In this document: piece after piece, positions 9,547 through 19,515 of the stretch
Layout of the letters: each line of letters opens with the position of its first letter
Position numbering within the stretch: position 1 is the stretch's first letter
Origin: Candidatus Dojkabacteria bacterium
GTDB lineage: Bacteria; Patescibacteriota; Dojkabacteria; SC72
Length of the DNA: 64,000 bases
Assembly (NCBI GenBank): GCA_012513575.1
Contig: JAAZBX010000004.1
Coordinates: 11,481 to 75,480 of the forward strand
Direction of reading: 5' to 3'
Program-made: the position numbers and the translations under genes
Notes under the pieces: generated by a model
What the model saw: the letters and a program-made list of their open reading frames with translations, nothing else
Told to the model about the DNA's origin: nothing
The model's database searches: none

Positions 9547-10512
9547 ATGGAACATGATAATAAAATACTACTTGTTATCATATCCGCTCTTGTGATTGTT
9601 TTCGTTGCAAATTTTCCTGCTAGTATTAAAGAGATTAGAGAATTAGCAAGTAAGGCAGAGGAAAGGATTTCTTTAACTCAGGAGAATCTAGAGGACAATT
9701 CTTTTTCCTCATTTATTATGAAGCTTAAAAATCTCGAAGATAGGATTTGGAATAAGATTAAGGGAGTAGAACCTATAATCTCTGAGAAGAAAATTGCTAA
9801 GGAGACAAGTAATGAGAAAGAAGTTAAAGAAGAGAAAGTTGAGGAGGAAAAAGAAGTGAAAGGAGAAAAAATTTTTTCTCTACCAATAAAGATTGTAATG
9901 CTTGGAGATTCAATGATAATGGTTGGATTTGGACCTAATTTAGAGGAACAGTTAATTGAGAAAGAACAAGTTTCAGTTTTTAGAGAGGGGAAATTCTCTA
10001 CTGGATTAAACAGAATTGACTACTTTGATTGGTATGCAAGAACAGAGGCGTTAATTCAGGAGCATACCCCAGATATTCTAATTGTAATGTTTGGTGCGAA
10101 TGATGGTCAGGGAATTTTGGATGAGAATGGAACAGCCTTTAAACTCTCCGACCCTAAATGGGATGAGGTCTATCAGAGAAGAGTTTTAAACTACATGACA
10201 ACATTCTCAAGTAAGGTAAAGAAAATATATTGGGTAGGTCATCCAATATCCCTTTCCCCTGATTTCGGACCCAAATTTGCTAGAATGAATAAGATTTATC
10301 AGTCTGAAAGTTTGAAATTTCAAAATATTGAATATATAGATATGTGGAAGAGAATGTCGGTTGATGGGAAATATGCGTCAGCCTTACCAAGTAAAGATGG
10401 CACCATTGGATTAGTAAAACAATCAGATGATGTTCATGTCACCGAACATGGAGGAAAGATTATGGCTGAAGATATTATGGAGATACTAAGTGAAGATATT
10501 GATTGGAAATAA
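9547..10512 (+). CDS. SGNH/GDSL (DUF459/PatB-like) O-acetyltransferase
   Basis: GDSM, GAND, DDVH motifs; adjacent to the MBOAT gene. Confidence 0.85.
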   Translation: MEHDNKILLVIISALVIVFVANFPASIKEIRELASKAEERISLTQENLEDNSFSSFIMKLKNLEDRIWNKIKGVEPIISEKKIAKETSNEKEVKEEKVEEEKEVKGEKIFSLPIKIVMLGDSMIMVGFGPNLEEQLIEKEQVSVFREGKFSTGLNRIDYFDWYARTEALIQEHTPDILIVMFGANDGQGILDENGTAFKLSDPKWDEVYQRRVLNYMTTFSSKVKKIYWVGHPISLSPDFGPKFARMNKIYQSESLKFQNIEYIDMWKRMSVDGKYASALPSKDGTIGLVKQSDDVHVTEHGGKIMAEDIMEILSEDIDWK

Positions 10513-10513
10513 G

Positions 10514-10587
10514 TCGGGGTGACTCGACTTGAACGAGCGACCTCTTGTACCCCATACAAGCGTTCTAGCCATCTGAACTACACCCCG
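10514..10587 (-). tRNA. tRNA-Pro(GGG), CCA not encoded
   Basis: CGGGGTG acceptor stem, anticodon arm CTTGT-AT GGG GT-ACAAG, GTTCAAGT T-loop. Confidence 0.95.
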
Positions 10588-10603
10588 ATTTAACAATTAT
10601 ACC

Positions 10604-10999
10604 CTAAATTAAGAGTTTTTCTAACTCTCTTTTTAAGCTTTTAATATCAACAAATTGAATACCCTTTATTCCTAACGTTTTTCCTATTTCTACATTCTCA
10701 AAGCTATCATCTATGTAGATCATTTCCTCAAATTTTTCTCCAGTAAATGCCTCCAAACATTCATATGCCCTTACATCTGGCTTTACATACAAGTCCCCAT
10801 TAGTAGCTTTTGTGAAATACTTTAGGAAGTCTAACCTCTTATCATATAAGATCAACTTCTCAGAAAGTACATTCGTAAAGAGGAATAACGGGACACCGCT
10901 TTCTTTTAACTCTTTAACATAAGCAAGGACATCTTCATTAAGTTCTTTTCGAATTGGATCGTAAAGAACATTCACAAAATCAAACAAAATGACTTTCAT
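10604..10999 (-). CDS. HAD-family hydrolase (compact)
   Basis: LFDFVNVL, FTN, KP, YIDDS..N motifs. Confidence 0.85.
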   Translation of the reverse strand: MKVILFDFVNVLYDPIRKELNEDVLAYVKELKESGVPLFLFTNVLSEKLILYDKRLDFLKYFTKATNGDLYVKPDVRAYECLEAFTGEKFEEMIYIDDSFENVEIGKTLGIKGIQFVDIKSLKRELEKLLI

Positions 11000-12010
11000 T
11001 TATTTAATCTCAAGAACAACTTGATTTGGGCTTAAGCTTGCACTTAGTTTGTATTCAACCTCTTCATTCATTCCAGAGAATACATAAGTCGTACTTTCTC
11101 CACTTCTAGAAGTAGTTAATGTTATACCCAAAGGTAAACTCAATGTTTTGGAAGTCCCTCCTACCCTATCTAGTTTCAGACTTTGGAATACGACAACTAA
11201 CTCATTTGATTCGTTGTAGCTTGCTTTTACAGAAGGAATTGGATGCTCCCCATCAGCCGATACTCCCCAAACAAATTTTAATACACCCCCTGAAGCGCTA
11301 TATTGGTAAGAAAGCGCTGAGGCATTCTTCTCAACTCCGACTCCGACAATTTCTTGATCACTAGATGAGAATTCTGTACTTCCAAAATTTCCAGATATCT
11401 CTTTTTCTCCCGGATACTTCACCCGAAGGAAAACTCCCCATTCATTATCACTCTGTCCTGCAGATACATCCAATTTAAAAACCGTACTTTGAGAAAGGCC
11501 AATATCATAGAAGCTCTTCTCTTGTGTCCCAGAAACATTGTGGTAAAGCCTAGTTATTCCATTCTTGTTTATAATCCTCTCTCCTTGAAATGGAATCCCA
11601 GATAGATCTTTCTCAATATTTGATATCTCAACCTTTATCACTCCACTCCCTGGATTGTAGTAAGCAACTGCATGAGGAAGAATGGAACCCGTTAAGAGAA
11701 AGGAAAACTCATGATAACCATCTTCGGAAGTATCTGTTATCTCTTCTAATGTAAACATCTTGCCCTCTTCTACTTCCCCAGCTTCCTGCCTATTTGCAGA
11801 GTACTCTTCAAAGCCAACAGTATTTTCCACAACTTCCTTCTCTTCTTCTTCAACCTTTCCCTCTTCTTTTTCTTCTTCCTCCCCATCCACTATCTCTACA
11901 ACATTCCCATTCTCAGAAGCTTCCTCATCTTTGTCTCTAGTCATTATGTAGGTAACCAAACCACCGATAACGACCAAAAGAATTAAGAAATATACAAAGG
12001 ATTTTTTCAT
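11000..12010 (-). CDS. Membrane-anchored beta-rich (AMIN-like) surface protein
   Basis: N-terminal TM, acidic linker, ends LSPNQVVLEIK as AMIN-like domains do. Confidence 0.5.
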   Translation of the reverse strand: MKKSFVYFLILLVVIGGLVTYIMTRDKDEEASENGNVVEIVDGEEEEKEEGKVEEEEKEVVENTVGFEEYSANRQEAGEVEEGKMFTLEEITDTSEDGYHEFSFLLTGSILPHAVAYYNPGSGVIKVEISNIEKDLSGIPFQGERIINKNGITRLYHNVSGTQEKSFYDIGLSQSTVFKLDVSAGQSDNEWGVFLRVKYPGEKEISGNFGSTEFSSSDQEIVGVGVEKNASALSYQYSASGGVLKFVWGVSADGEHPIPSVKASYNESNELVVVFQSLKLDRVGGTSKTLSLPLGITLTTSRSGESTTYVFSGMNEEVEYKLSASLSPNQVVLEIK

Positions 12011-12095
12011 TTCTTTGCATGTAACATATTAATAGTAAATGCTAACATAGTATTAATCATATTGAAATAGACAGATTTTGTGATACCATATACCA

Positions 12096-13367
12096 ATGGC
12101 AAAGATAGTAGAAATCTCTCAAAATACAAATAACATCAAAGCAGAGGATTTTGTAGAAAAACCTCCAAAAGAAGAAGCTCAGTTGGAGTCTCCCAATACA
12201 AATACAAAGAAAAAAATTCAATTTAAAAGTTTTATATTTCCAATTGTAGCGATATTAACTGTTGCTGGAATAGCTTCTTTCTATTACTTTGCAATCTACA
12301 AATTAAGACCCACACACCCATCAGAAGTTGTACTTTTCAAAGAGAACTTTGTATCACCAAAAAGTTCCCCTTCATTGTTTAAATTCAATCTTCCCCTACT
12401 TGCAGAGCCAAAAGAGCCAAAGACTGAAGTAAGTCCATTAAATGGTTTGCTTTTTTCTAAGAAAGAAATGGACCAATTAAAAAAGAGAAGGCCTGTCGCT
12501 GTTATGATAAATAATCATTCCGAAGCAAGACCCCAATCAGGTTTAAACAGTGCAGACATAGTATATGAGACAAATGCAGAAGGAGGTATTACCAGATATC
12601 TAGCTATTTTTTGGAGTAATGCTCCCGCGAAAGTTGGTCCAGTAAGAAGTCTTAGACAATACTATCTTGAATGGCTAAGTGAATATGACCCACTCCTAAT
12701 TAGGGATGGATGTGCAGAAAGTACCGATCCCAGAGCCAATGCCTGTGGTAATGTCTATGCTTATGGGATAAAAGATATTGGTACAATAAATTCTTGGAGA
12801 TGGAACGATGGAGTAAGATTTGCGCCACATAATGAATACAACTCCATTACCAAAGCCTGGGAGTATGCACAAAAAAGAAATTGGGACTCATTCCCTACCT
12901 CAATTCAATCCTATGATTTCAAGAACGATGCCATTGTAGCTGATAGAGGAAGCAAAACAGTTGTTAAAACTGTTTTTCATATGAGGCTAAATAACGGTGG
13001 CGCATATGATGCTATATGGACATATGACAAAGATACGAATTCATACTTCAGGAAGGTAGGAGGAATACTAGATGTTGATCAAGAGACTGGTACTCAAGTA
13101 AGTGCGAAAAATGTTGTAATTCAGAAAGTTAATATGTCGGCATCAACAGATGGAACGGCGCATATCGTTGTTCAAACGATTGGAGAGGGCCCTGCTGTCA
13201 TATTACAAGATGGAAAAATCATTAATGGTACATGGAAAAAGAGTTCAAGATTAGACAGAACAAAGTACTTTGATAGTAGTGGGAAATTAATCAAATTTAA
13301 CAGAGGAAGAATTTGGATTGCTGCCATAGCGAATTCTAGTGGGAAATTTGATATAATTGAACAATAA
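12096..13367 (+). CDS. DUF3048 (YerB-like) membrane-anchored protein
   Basis: RPVAVMINNH..ARPQSGL..AD.VYE..AEGGITR, GPVRS.R, APHN. Confidence 0.9.
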   Translation: MAKIVEISQNTNNIKAEDFVEKPPKEEAQLESPNTNTKKKIQFKSFIFPIVAILTVAGIASFYYFAIYKLRPTHPSEVVLFKENFVSPKSSPSLFKFNLPLLAEPKEPKTEVSPLNGLLFSKKEMDQLKKRRPVAVMINNHSEARPQSGLNSADIVYETNAEGGITRYLAIFWSNAPAKVGPVRSLRQYYLEWLSEYDPLLIRDGCAESTDPRANACGNVYAYGIKDIGTINSWRWNDGVRFAPHNEYNSITKAWEYAQKRNWDSFPTSIQSYDFKNDAIVADRGSKTVVKTVFHMRLNNGGAYDAIWTYDKDTNSYFRKVGGILDVDQETGTQVSAKNVVIQKVNMSASTDGTAHIVVQTIGEGPAVILQDGKIINGTWKKSSRLDRTKYFDSSGKLIKFNRGRIWIAAIANSSGKFDIIEQ

Positions 13368-13387
13368 TATTATGCAGGTTGGGCAGC

Positions 13388-13960
13388 ATGCTAAAAAAAA
13401 TCTTTATATCAAAGGTTAGGATAAGCATATTAGATGTTTTTCTTTCGAATCTTGACTCCTCTCATCATGTTCGCGAACTTGTAAGAATTCTTGATGAGGA
13501 AATTAATGCTGTAAGAAGAGAGTTAATGAACCTTGAAAGCGCAGGACTCCTCAAATGTCGCAAGGAGGGCAACAAAAGCGTTTACAGAATTAACAGAGAG
13601 TCTCCGTACATATGGGAACTTAGATCAATTTTTTTCAAAGAATCTCCTACGGGTCAAGCGATTCTAGATGTTACAAAAAAGATTGAGGGAATAGATTTAA
13701 TAATTCTCACTGATAGCTTTATAAAAAAGAAATATCAAAATCCTACAGATGTAGACTTTCTCTTCATTGGAACAATGAGAATAAAGGACCTCTCTACAAT
13801 AATATCCCAGCTTGAAAAAGAACTTGGGAAGGAGATAAGATTCAGTGCAATTACAAAAGAAGATTTTGAATTTGCCCGAAAAAAGAAAGAACCCTTCTTG
13901 ATGAATATTTTAGAAAACGATAAAATCATTCTGTTCGGCCAACTATCAGACCTACTTTAA
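13388..13960 (+). CDS. Winged-helix (ArsR-like) regulator fused to nucleotidyltransferase-like domain
   Basis: HVRELVR..NAVRRELMNLE.AGLL; C-terminal DVDFLFIG. Confidence 0.75.
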   Translation: MLKKIFISKVRISILDVFLSNLDSSHHVRELVRILDEEINAVRRELMNLESAGLLKCRKEGNKSVYRINRESPYIWELRSIFFKESPTGQAILDVTKKIEGIDLIILTDSFIKKKYQNPTDVDFLFIGTMRIKDLSTIISQLEKELGKEIRFSAITKEDFEFARKKKEPFLMNILENDKIILFGQLSDLL

Positions 13961-13962
13961 CC

Positions 13963-15219
13963 ATGAAAATTAGATTCAAGTTTAGTAAAAAACCAAAACA
14001 GAATATCAAGAAAATCCTAAAATCAATACTCTTAGTTCTAGTTGGAGCAATTTTTATCTCTACTGTACTAATATCCTTACCCCTTACCGAGAGAATCTCT
14101 GACAAGGTTTCTTTTAACCTTTCCACCAAAAACAAAGATTACTGGTCCAAAGAGTATGTAGTTTCGGTAAATACCACCGACAAGAAAGAACTCAGAAAAA
14201 TCAAACAGATTATTTATAAAAGATTGAGAAATTACGGTGTTGAGAAAGTTTCAATTTTCTCGGATGTTGTTTCAGACACTGATAGTGAGTTTAGAATAGT
14301 TGTTAATACAACAAAAGATAAAGAGCTAGTATACAAACTAGTATCAAATCAACACTCTTTTGAGATTGTGACAAGAAAAAAGGATGTAAATTTTGACGAC
14401 ACAGAGAATCCATACGCAATTACAATGAGAGATAACTATGAAGACACAGAATGGGACTATAATGATTTTAGGACAGTATATATTCCAAAAAGCAAGTTAA
14501 GAACAAGTGACGGAGGAAGACAATTTTTTGCAATCTTCAAACCCTGGACAAACAAACAGAGTGCTCTTACGAGTTTCCTAAAAAATCACAAGGGAGAGTT
14601 GCTTGGTCTTGATATTGATTCATTCGTTTATCCATTCCAAGTACAAGACATTGATAAGGACAGTATAAATCAAGAAACCATAACAATTGCTGTTTATGTA
14701 GAAACAGAGGAAGAAGCAAGAGTCACTAGTTTGCTTTACAACTCTGGCCATATAGAAGTTCCTTACACTCTTAAGGAAGAAATAAATAGAGAAACAGAAA
14801 TAATCTCTCTTGACTATGTAAAGCTTAGCATCGGTCTAGCTATTTCACTTCTAGCCTCTTACCTTTACATGCTCATATTTAAATACTCTTCAAAAGAAAA
14901 TTTGCTACTCTCTCTTTTCACAACTGTTATAACTCTAAGTATTTACTTAGCCTATCTGAAATTAACACATATCGCAGTTGATACATTCTTGCTTGCAATT
15001 CAATTCATACTAATGATGATCTTCATAAAAGCGGTATCAGACAATCAGGATTCTGATTTATTTGTATCATTAATACTAATACTTGCCTTCATCTTAATAT
15101 CTTTGCTAGGGACAGGAATAATGATGACATTTGCCCAGGGGATGATTGCACTGATTGCTTTGGCTAAAGTAAGTTCAATTCTAACTAGATGGTATATAGA
15201 TAATGTAAAGAAAATATAA
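13963..15219 (+). CDS. secD: Divergent SecD-like protein
   Basis: TM1, IIYKRLRNYGVE (SecD I..R...GV.E), large extracytoplasmic domain, C-terminal TM cluster ending FAQGMI. Confidence 0.65.
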   Translation: MKIRFKFSKKPKQNIKKILKSILLVLVGAIFISTVLISLPLTERISDKVSFNLSTKNKDYWSKEYVVSVNTTDKKELRKIKQIIYKRLRNYGVEKVSIFSDVVSDTDSEFRIVVNTTKDKELVYKLVSNQHSFEIVTRKKDVNFDDTENPYAITMRDNYEDTEWDYNDFRTVYIPKSKLRTSDGGRQFFAIFKPWTNKQSALTSFLKNHKGELLGLDIDSFVYPFQVQDIDKDSINQETITIAVYVETEEEARVTSLLYNSGHIEVPYTLKEEINRETEIISLDYVKLSIGLAISLLASYLYMLIFKYSSKENLLLSLFTTVITLSIYLAYLKLTHIAVDTFLLAIQFILMMIFIKAVSDNQDSDLFVSLILILAFILISLLGTGIMMTFAQGMIALIALAKVSSILTRWYIDNVKKI

Positions 15220-15221
15220 AT

Positions 15222-15740
15222 ATGGAAATGATAAAACACATGTTAAACAATTGGAGTGTATACCAGCAAATTACACTATCTTTGCTCATTATATTTATTA
15301 TTGCACTTCTCTCTTTGGGTGTTTGGTTATTTTCAAAAAATAAAAAATTCCTTCTTTTTGCATTAACATCTATGGGGCTTTGTATCCTTACAACCTTCTT
15401 GGGATTTCAATTGGCCAATATGATATTTGATATCTCAATCAACTATATATTCTTCTTGACGCCAATAATAATTTTAGCAATTAATATTATTTACATCGGA
15501 ATGTCAATTGGATATTACAATTCAAAGAAGATGCAAAAATATCCAAACTACAAAGATTTACGAAAAGAATTTGGAAAAGATTCAATTCAAATTTCAATAT
15601 TTACTATTTTGCTGTTCACTTCTTTCCTAATATTTATTGATGGCCTTGCATTCTCCTTTTTGCTTTTAACAGCAATTCTTTTAGTTTTAACAACTTGGAT
15701 TAACTTTTTCCTCGTGAGAATTTTCTTTAAAGATGAGTAG
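15222..15740 (+). CDS. Truncated, divergent SecF-like membrane protein
   Basis: About 5 TMs directly after the secD-like gene; layout matches the SecF C-terminal half. Confidence 0.5.
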   Translation: MEMIKHMLNNWSVYQQITLSLLIIFIIALLSLGVWLFSKNKKFLLFALTSMGLCILTTFLGFQLANMIFDISINYIFFLTPIIILAINIIYIGMSIGYYNSKKMQKYPNYKDLRKEFGKDSIQISIFTILLFTSFLIFIDGLAFSFLLLTAILLVLTTWINFFLVRIFFKDE

Positions 15741-16629
15741 CTCCCCAATAATTGTAATTTCAGGATGTACAGCTTCGGGGAAATCAGATGTTGCTCTTAA
15801 ATTAGCAAAGAGAATAAACGGAGTAATATTAAATGCCGATTCAAGACAGATATATAAAGAAGTCTCTATTGGCACAGCGAAACCGAACCTAATACTAAAT
15901 GAAAGCAATCAGTGGGAGAAAGAGGGGATAATACACTATCTATACTCACAAACCTCGATTAACAAGAAATACAATTTATTCAAATATCAAACAGATACTT
16001 TTAAGATCCTTAACCAACTTCCTCCCCAAATAACCCCTATCCTCACAGGAGGAACAGGCCTATATATTGATTCAGTAATATTCAATTACAAATTAAAAAC
16101 ACTATCTCAACCCCAGACAGAAGTAGCTGACAACTTGTCAGATTTTACAGCTAAGGAACTTCAGAGATTAGTACCATCGGAGATCTTAAATAAACTAAAC
16201 GAAAGTGATCGTCAAAATAAGAATAGATTAATTAGAGTTATCCAGAAAGGTCTTCCAAGTATAAAAAAAGGCACACCACTTGAGCATATTTACTTTTTCC
16301 TAGATATTGAGAAGACTGCTCTTGAAAAAAGAATAGAACAAAGAGTAAATCAAATGTTCAAGGATGGTTTATTAGAAGAAAATATTAAAATTCGAAACGC
16401 ATTTCCCAAGAGTACTTTTTTTAAAACAACCATAGGATATAAAGAATTTGAAGATTACTTCCAAAAAAATATTTCATTAGACGAAGTTAAAGAGGATATC
16501 ATTATTCATACAAAACAGTATGCTAAAAGACAGAGAACTTGGTTTAGAAGAAATAAAGGAGTTATATATGTTAAAAACCTAGAAGAAATTGAGAAATGGA
16601 TAAGAGAACTCTATCCTAATCGCTATTAA
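15733..16629 (+). CDS. miaA: tRNA dimethylallyltransferase
   Basis: GCTASGKS, NADSRQIY..IGTAKP, GGTGLY, YAKRQRTWF. Confidence 0.97.
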   Translation: MSSSPIIVISGCTASGKSDVALKLAKRINGVILNADSRQIYKEVSIGTAKPNLILNESNQWEKEGIIHYLYSQTSINKKYNLFKYQTDTFKILNQLPPQITPILTGGTGLYIDSVIFNYKLKTLSQPQTEVADNLSDFTAKELQRLVPSEILNKLNESDRQNKNRLIRVIQKGLPSIKKGTPLEHIYFFLDIEKTALEKRIEQRVNQMFKDGLLEENIKIRNAFPKSTFFKTTIGYKEFEDYFQKNISLDEVKEDIIIHTKQYAKRQRTWFRRNKGVIYVKNLEEIEKWIRELYPNRY

Positions 16630-17176
16630 CATCTAAAAGGAAGGAATATTTCCCATCCTCAGATTCAACCAATTTTATTTCTGATACTTCAAATGCAATT
16701 TCATTTACATTCATCTTTTTCGATACATTGGTTAAGTCTTTAATAATATTTGCACTTTCTTGAGCTGACAAATCTTTATTCACTCTCCCAAGTGTCAAAT
16801 GTGGGATGAAATTGATATCTCCCTTATCTCCAATTATTTTCTTTAGTTCTAAATAAAGCCCTCTCATCTCTTCACCACCTTCTAGAAAATCTAAAAAAAT
16901 TAATTCTCTATACTGTCTACTTATTCCTAATTTAACAGAATTAAATTTAACTTTAAATTTTTTAAACTGAAATTTCTTCAATTTATTTTTTATTATGAAC
17001 ACTTTTAAAGGGAAGGCAGACTTACCAAGGAAAAGCAAAGTACTATGGTATGTGCAAGGATTACTCCATCTAACTTTAATACCCAAATCATCAAAAATTT
17101 CTTTTACATTCTCAGCAACTGAAGCGATATCATTATTTGATTTATTATCAGGGAAAAATCCAAGAAAAATACTCAT
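16616..17176 (-). CDS. thpR: RNA 2',3'-cyclic phosphodiesterase (2H family)
   Basis: Two HxT motifs (HSTLLFLG, PHLTLGR). Confidence 0.88.
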   Translation of the reverse strand: MSIFLGFFPDNKSNNDIASVAENVKEIFDDLGIKVRWSNPCTYHSTLLFLGKSAFPLKVFIIKNKLKKFQFKKFKVKFNSVKLGISRQYRELIFLDFLEGGEEMRGLYLELKKIIGDKGDINFIPHLTLGRVNKDLSAQESANIIKDLTNVSKKMNVNEIAFEVSEIKLVESEDGKYSFLLDVNSD

Positions 17177-17180
17177 TTTA

Positions 17181-18449
17181 CTATTTAGATATTTTATCTA
17201 TACCCCCCATGTAAGGTCTTAAAATTTCCGGAATTGTTATACTCCCATCTTTGTTTTGAAAAGTTTCAATTAATGCAACCATTAACCTACTTGTGGCAAG
17301 TCCAGAACCATTTAGTGTATTTAAATACTCCAACTTCCCGTCTGCTCTCTTATATCTCATATTGCCTCTCCTCGCTTGATACTCTCTAGCATTAGAAACC
17401 GAACTCACTTCATAGTACTTATCCATGGATGGAATATATACTTCAATATCGTATGTCCTCGCCATCCCAGCTGAACAATCACCCGCTGCTAATTTTACAA
17501 CTCTGTAGTGCATACCCAAACCCTCAACCAACCTCTCTGCTCTCTTAACTAATTCTTCGAAGGCCTCATCTGCTCCTTCCTTTGTAGTATATTGAAACAT
17601 CTCAACTTTATTAAATTGATGCATCCTTATTAAACCTTTCTCATTGGCTCTGTAACTTCCTGCTTCTCTCCTATAGCAAGGAGTATATGCAAAGAATTTC
17701 CTTGGAAGTTCCTTCTCCTCTAAAATCTCGTTTCGGTATATATTTGTCAGAACTGTCTCTGCTGTTGGAATTAAACAAAGACCATCCTGAACCCAATATA
17801 CATCCTCTTCAAACTTGGGTAATTGTCCAGCTGTGTAAGCAGATTCTCTTACAACCAAATTCGGAGGGATTATCATCTTGTACCCTGCTTTGATATGTTC
17901 AGAAACAAAGTAGTTTATCAAAGCCCATTCCAATTGAGCTCCCAAATCTTTGTACATGCAGAAATTATTCCCAGCAATCTTTGATGCTCTATCAAAATCA
18001 AAAACGTCTAAATCTGTTCCTAATTCAACATGGTCTTTAATTGGGAAATCAAATAAAGGTTTACCCCCAACTTCTCTTATAACTTCATTGTTTTCCTTCC
18101 CCCCAGAAACCACGTCAGAATCTGGGATGTTTGGTAATACTTCTATTAGTGATTTCATTTCATCCTCCACAGCTCGCAGATTTTCTTCGTTTTTTTTCAC
18201 TTCATCAGATTTCTTTTTAAGTTCTAAAAGAAGTTTTTTAAACTCATCACTTTTCTTGTCAACAGAAGCCATCTTTTGGTTAAAACTATTTTGCTGTGCT
18301 CTACCAGTATCAAATTCCAATTGATATTTCTTTCTTAATTCATACAAAGAAACAATTTTATCCAAGTTGAAATCTCCTTTATCTAATCTCTTTAACAAAC
18401 CGTTTTCTACCTCTTCCCTTTTTTCAACAATTCTTTTAATATCTATCAT
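17181..18449 (-). CDS. serS: Serine--tRNA ligase
   Basis: MIDIK start, LIPTAE, CYRREAG, R.HQFNKVE, TLNGSGLA. Confidence 0.98.
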   Translation of the reverse strand: MIDIKRIVEKREEVENGLLKRLDKGDFNLDKIVSLYELRKKYQLEFDTGRAQQNSFNQKMASVDKKSDEFKKLLLELKKKSDEVKKNEENLRAVEDEMKSLIEVLPNIPDSDVVSGGKENNEVIREVGGKPLFDFPIKDHVELGTDLDVFDFDRASKIAGNNFCMYKDLGAQLEWALINYFVSEHIKAGYKMIIPPNLVVRESAYTAGQLPKFEEDVYWVQDGLCLIPTAETVLTNIYRNEILEEKELPRKFFAYTPCYRREAGSYRANEKGLIRMHQFNKVEMFQYTTKEGADEAFEELVKRAERLVEGLGMHYRVVKLAAGDCSAGMARTYDIEVYIPSMDKYYEVSSVSNAREYQARRGNMRYKRADGKLEYLNTLNGSGLATSRLMVALIETFQNKDGSITIPEILRPYMGGIDKISK

Positions 18450-18513
18450 TTGATTAATCTTTAATTTAAAGGTTCCCTGTATTATATTCTGCCCATTTGG
18501 TATTATCAAGAAT

Positions 18514-19515
18514 ATGAAAAAGAATTACAACCAATTTAAGGAGTTTATTAAGCAGTCGAAAAAAATTCTCATCCTTACACATAAAGGACCAGATGTTGAT
18601 GCTTTTTGTAGCTCTCTACTTCTGAAGCAAATTCTTCTTGAGCTTTATCCAAAAAAGAAAGTTGTTTTTAGAGCGAAACAAAATCCCTCTCTTAAGCTTC
18701 CTGGTATGAAAGAAATTGAGATTGTTAAGGAATTAAAGAGTGAAGGTTTTGACTTAATTATTCTTACAGATGCTGGAGACCTAAGTCTTTGTATAGAGGA
18801 TACTGATAACGTAGAGGATTCAATTCCTCAAATAATTATTGATCATCATGATACTTTTTTTGAAAAGAAAAAAAACACAGTATTGGTAAATGAGAATATG
18901 AGCTCAGCCACTGAACAGGTATATATGCTGTTTAGGATTCTTTACAAAAATGAATTTAAACTAAATGAAGATTCCTCTACTTTAGTGCAATATGGGATTG
19001 TAGCTGATACCGGGAGATTTCTTTACGACATCACAACCCCAAATACACACAGAGTATTTGCCGATGCTAAAAGCATTGTTGATGTTGATCTTGAAGATTT
19101 TGCATACAGAAATTCCAAATTCCCAAGAGAAGCAACACATGCAATTATTAAATACCTTGAGTCATTGAAGATAGAGAAAGATATGGCCTATATGTTTGTT
19201 GACCGAAAGGATTTAGAAGAAGATTTAGAATTAAAACAGGGTGCGAGTGAAGCTCAGGCATTTTTAAGAGATAGGTATCTCAGATTTATTCAGGGAGTAC
19301 ATTGGGGTTTTATTATTAAACCAGATATGAATACTAAGGATAGCTGGTTTGTGTCATTTAGAAGTACAAAGGGATACCAGGATGTTAGAGTAATTGCAGA
19401 AGAATTGGGTGGAGGTGGTCATACGTATGCTTCGGGAGTTTTGATAAAGGCTGATTCTATCGAAGCCCTTTTAACAAAAATATTGAATATCATTGAAAAA
19501 CACTTGAAAGCATAA
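18514..19515 (+). CDS. nrnA: DHH/DHHA1 phosphoesterase (NrnA-like)
   Basis: H..PD.D, IDHH, DTGRF, GGGGH. Confidence 0.9.
   Translation: MKKNYNQFKEFIKQSKKILILTHKGPDVDAFCSSLLLKQILLELYPKKKVVFRAKQNPSLKLPGMKEIEIVKELKSEGFDLIILTDAGDLSLCIEDTDNVEDSIPQIIIDHHDTFFEKKKNTVLVNENMSSATEQVYMLFRILYKNEFKLNEDSSTLVQYGIVADTGRFLYDITTPNTHRVFADAKSIVDVDLEDFAYRNSKFPREATHAIIKYLESLKIEKDMAYMFVDRKDLEEDLELKQGASEAQAFLRDRYLRFIQGVHWGFIIKPDMNTKDSWFVSFRSTKGYQDVRVIAEELGGGGHTYASGVLIKADSIEALLTKILNIIEKHLKA

Noticed and set aside
9780-9870. GAA/AAA-rich low-complexity tracts (also about 11830-11900, 41470-41550, 47280-47410)
   Set aside because: Encode Glu/Lys linkers; no exact repeats or CRISPR-like periodicity
10514-10587. tRNA-Pro and tRNA-Glu as possible integration sites
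   Set aside because: No integrase, duplicated tRNA 3' end or compositional shift seen nearby
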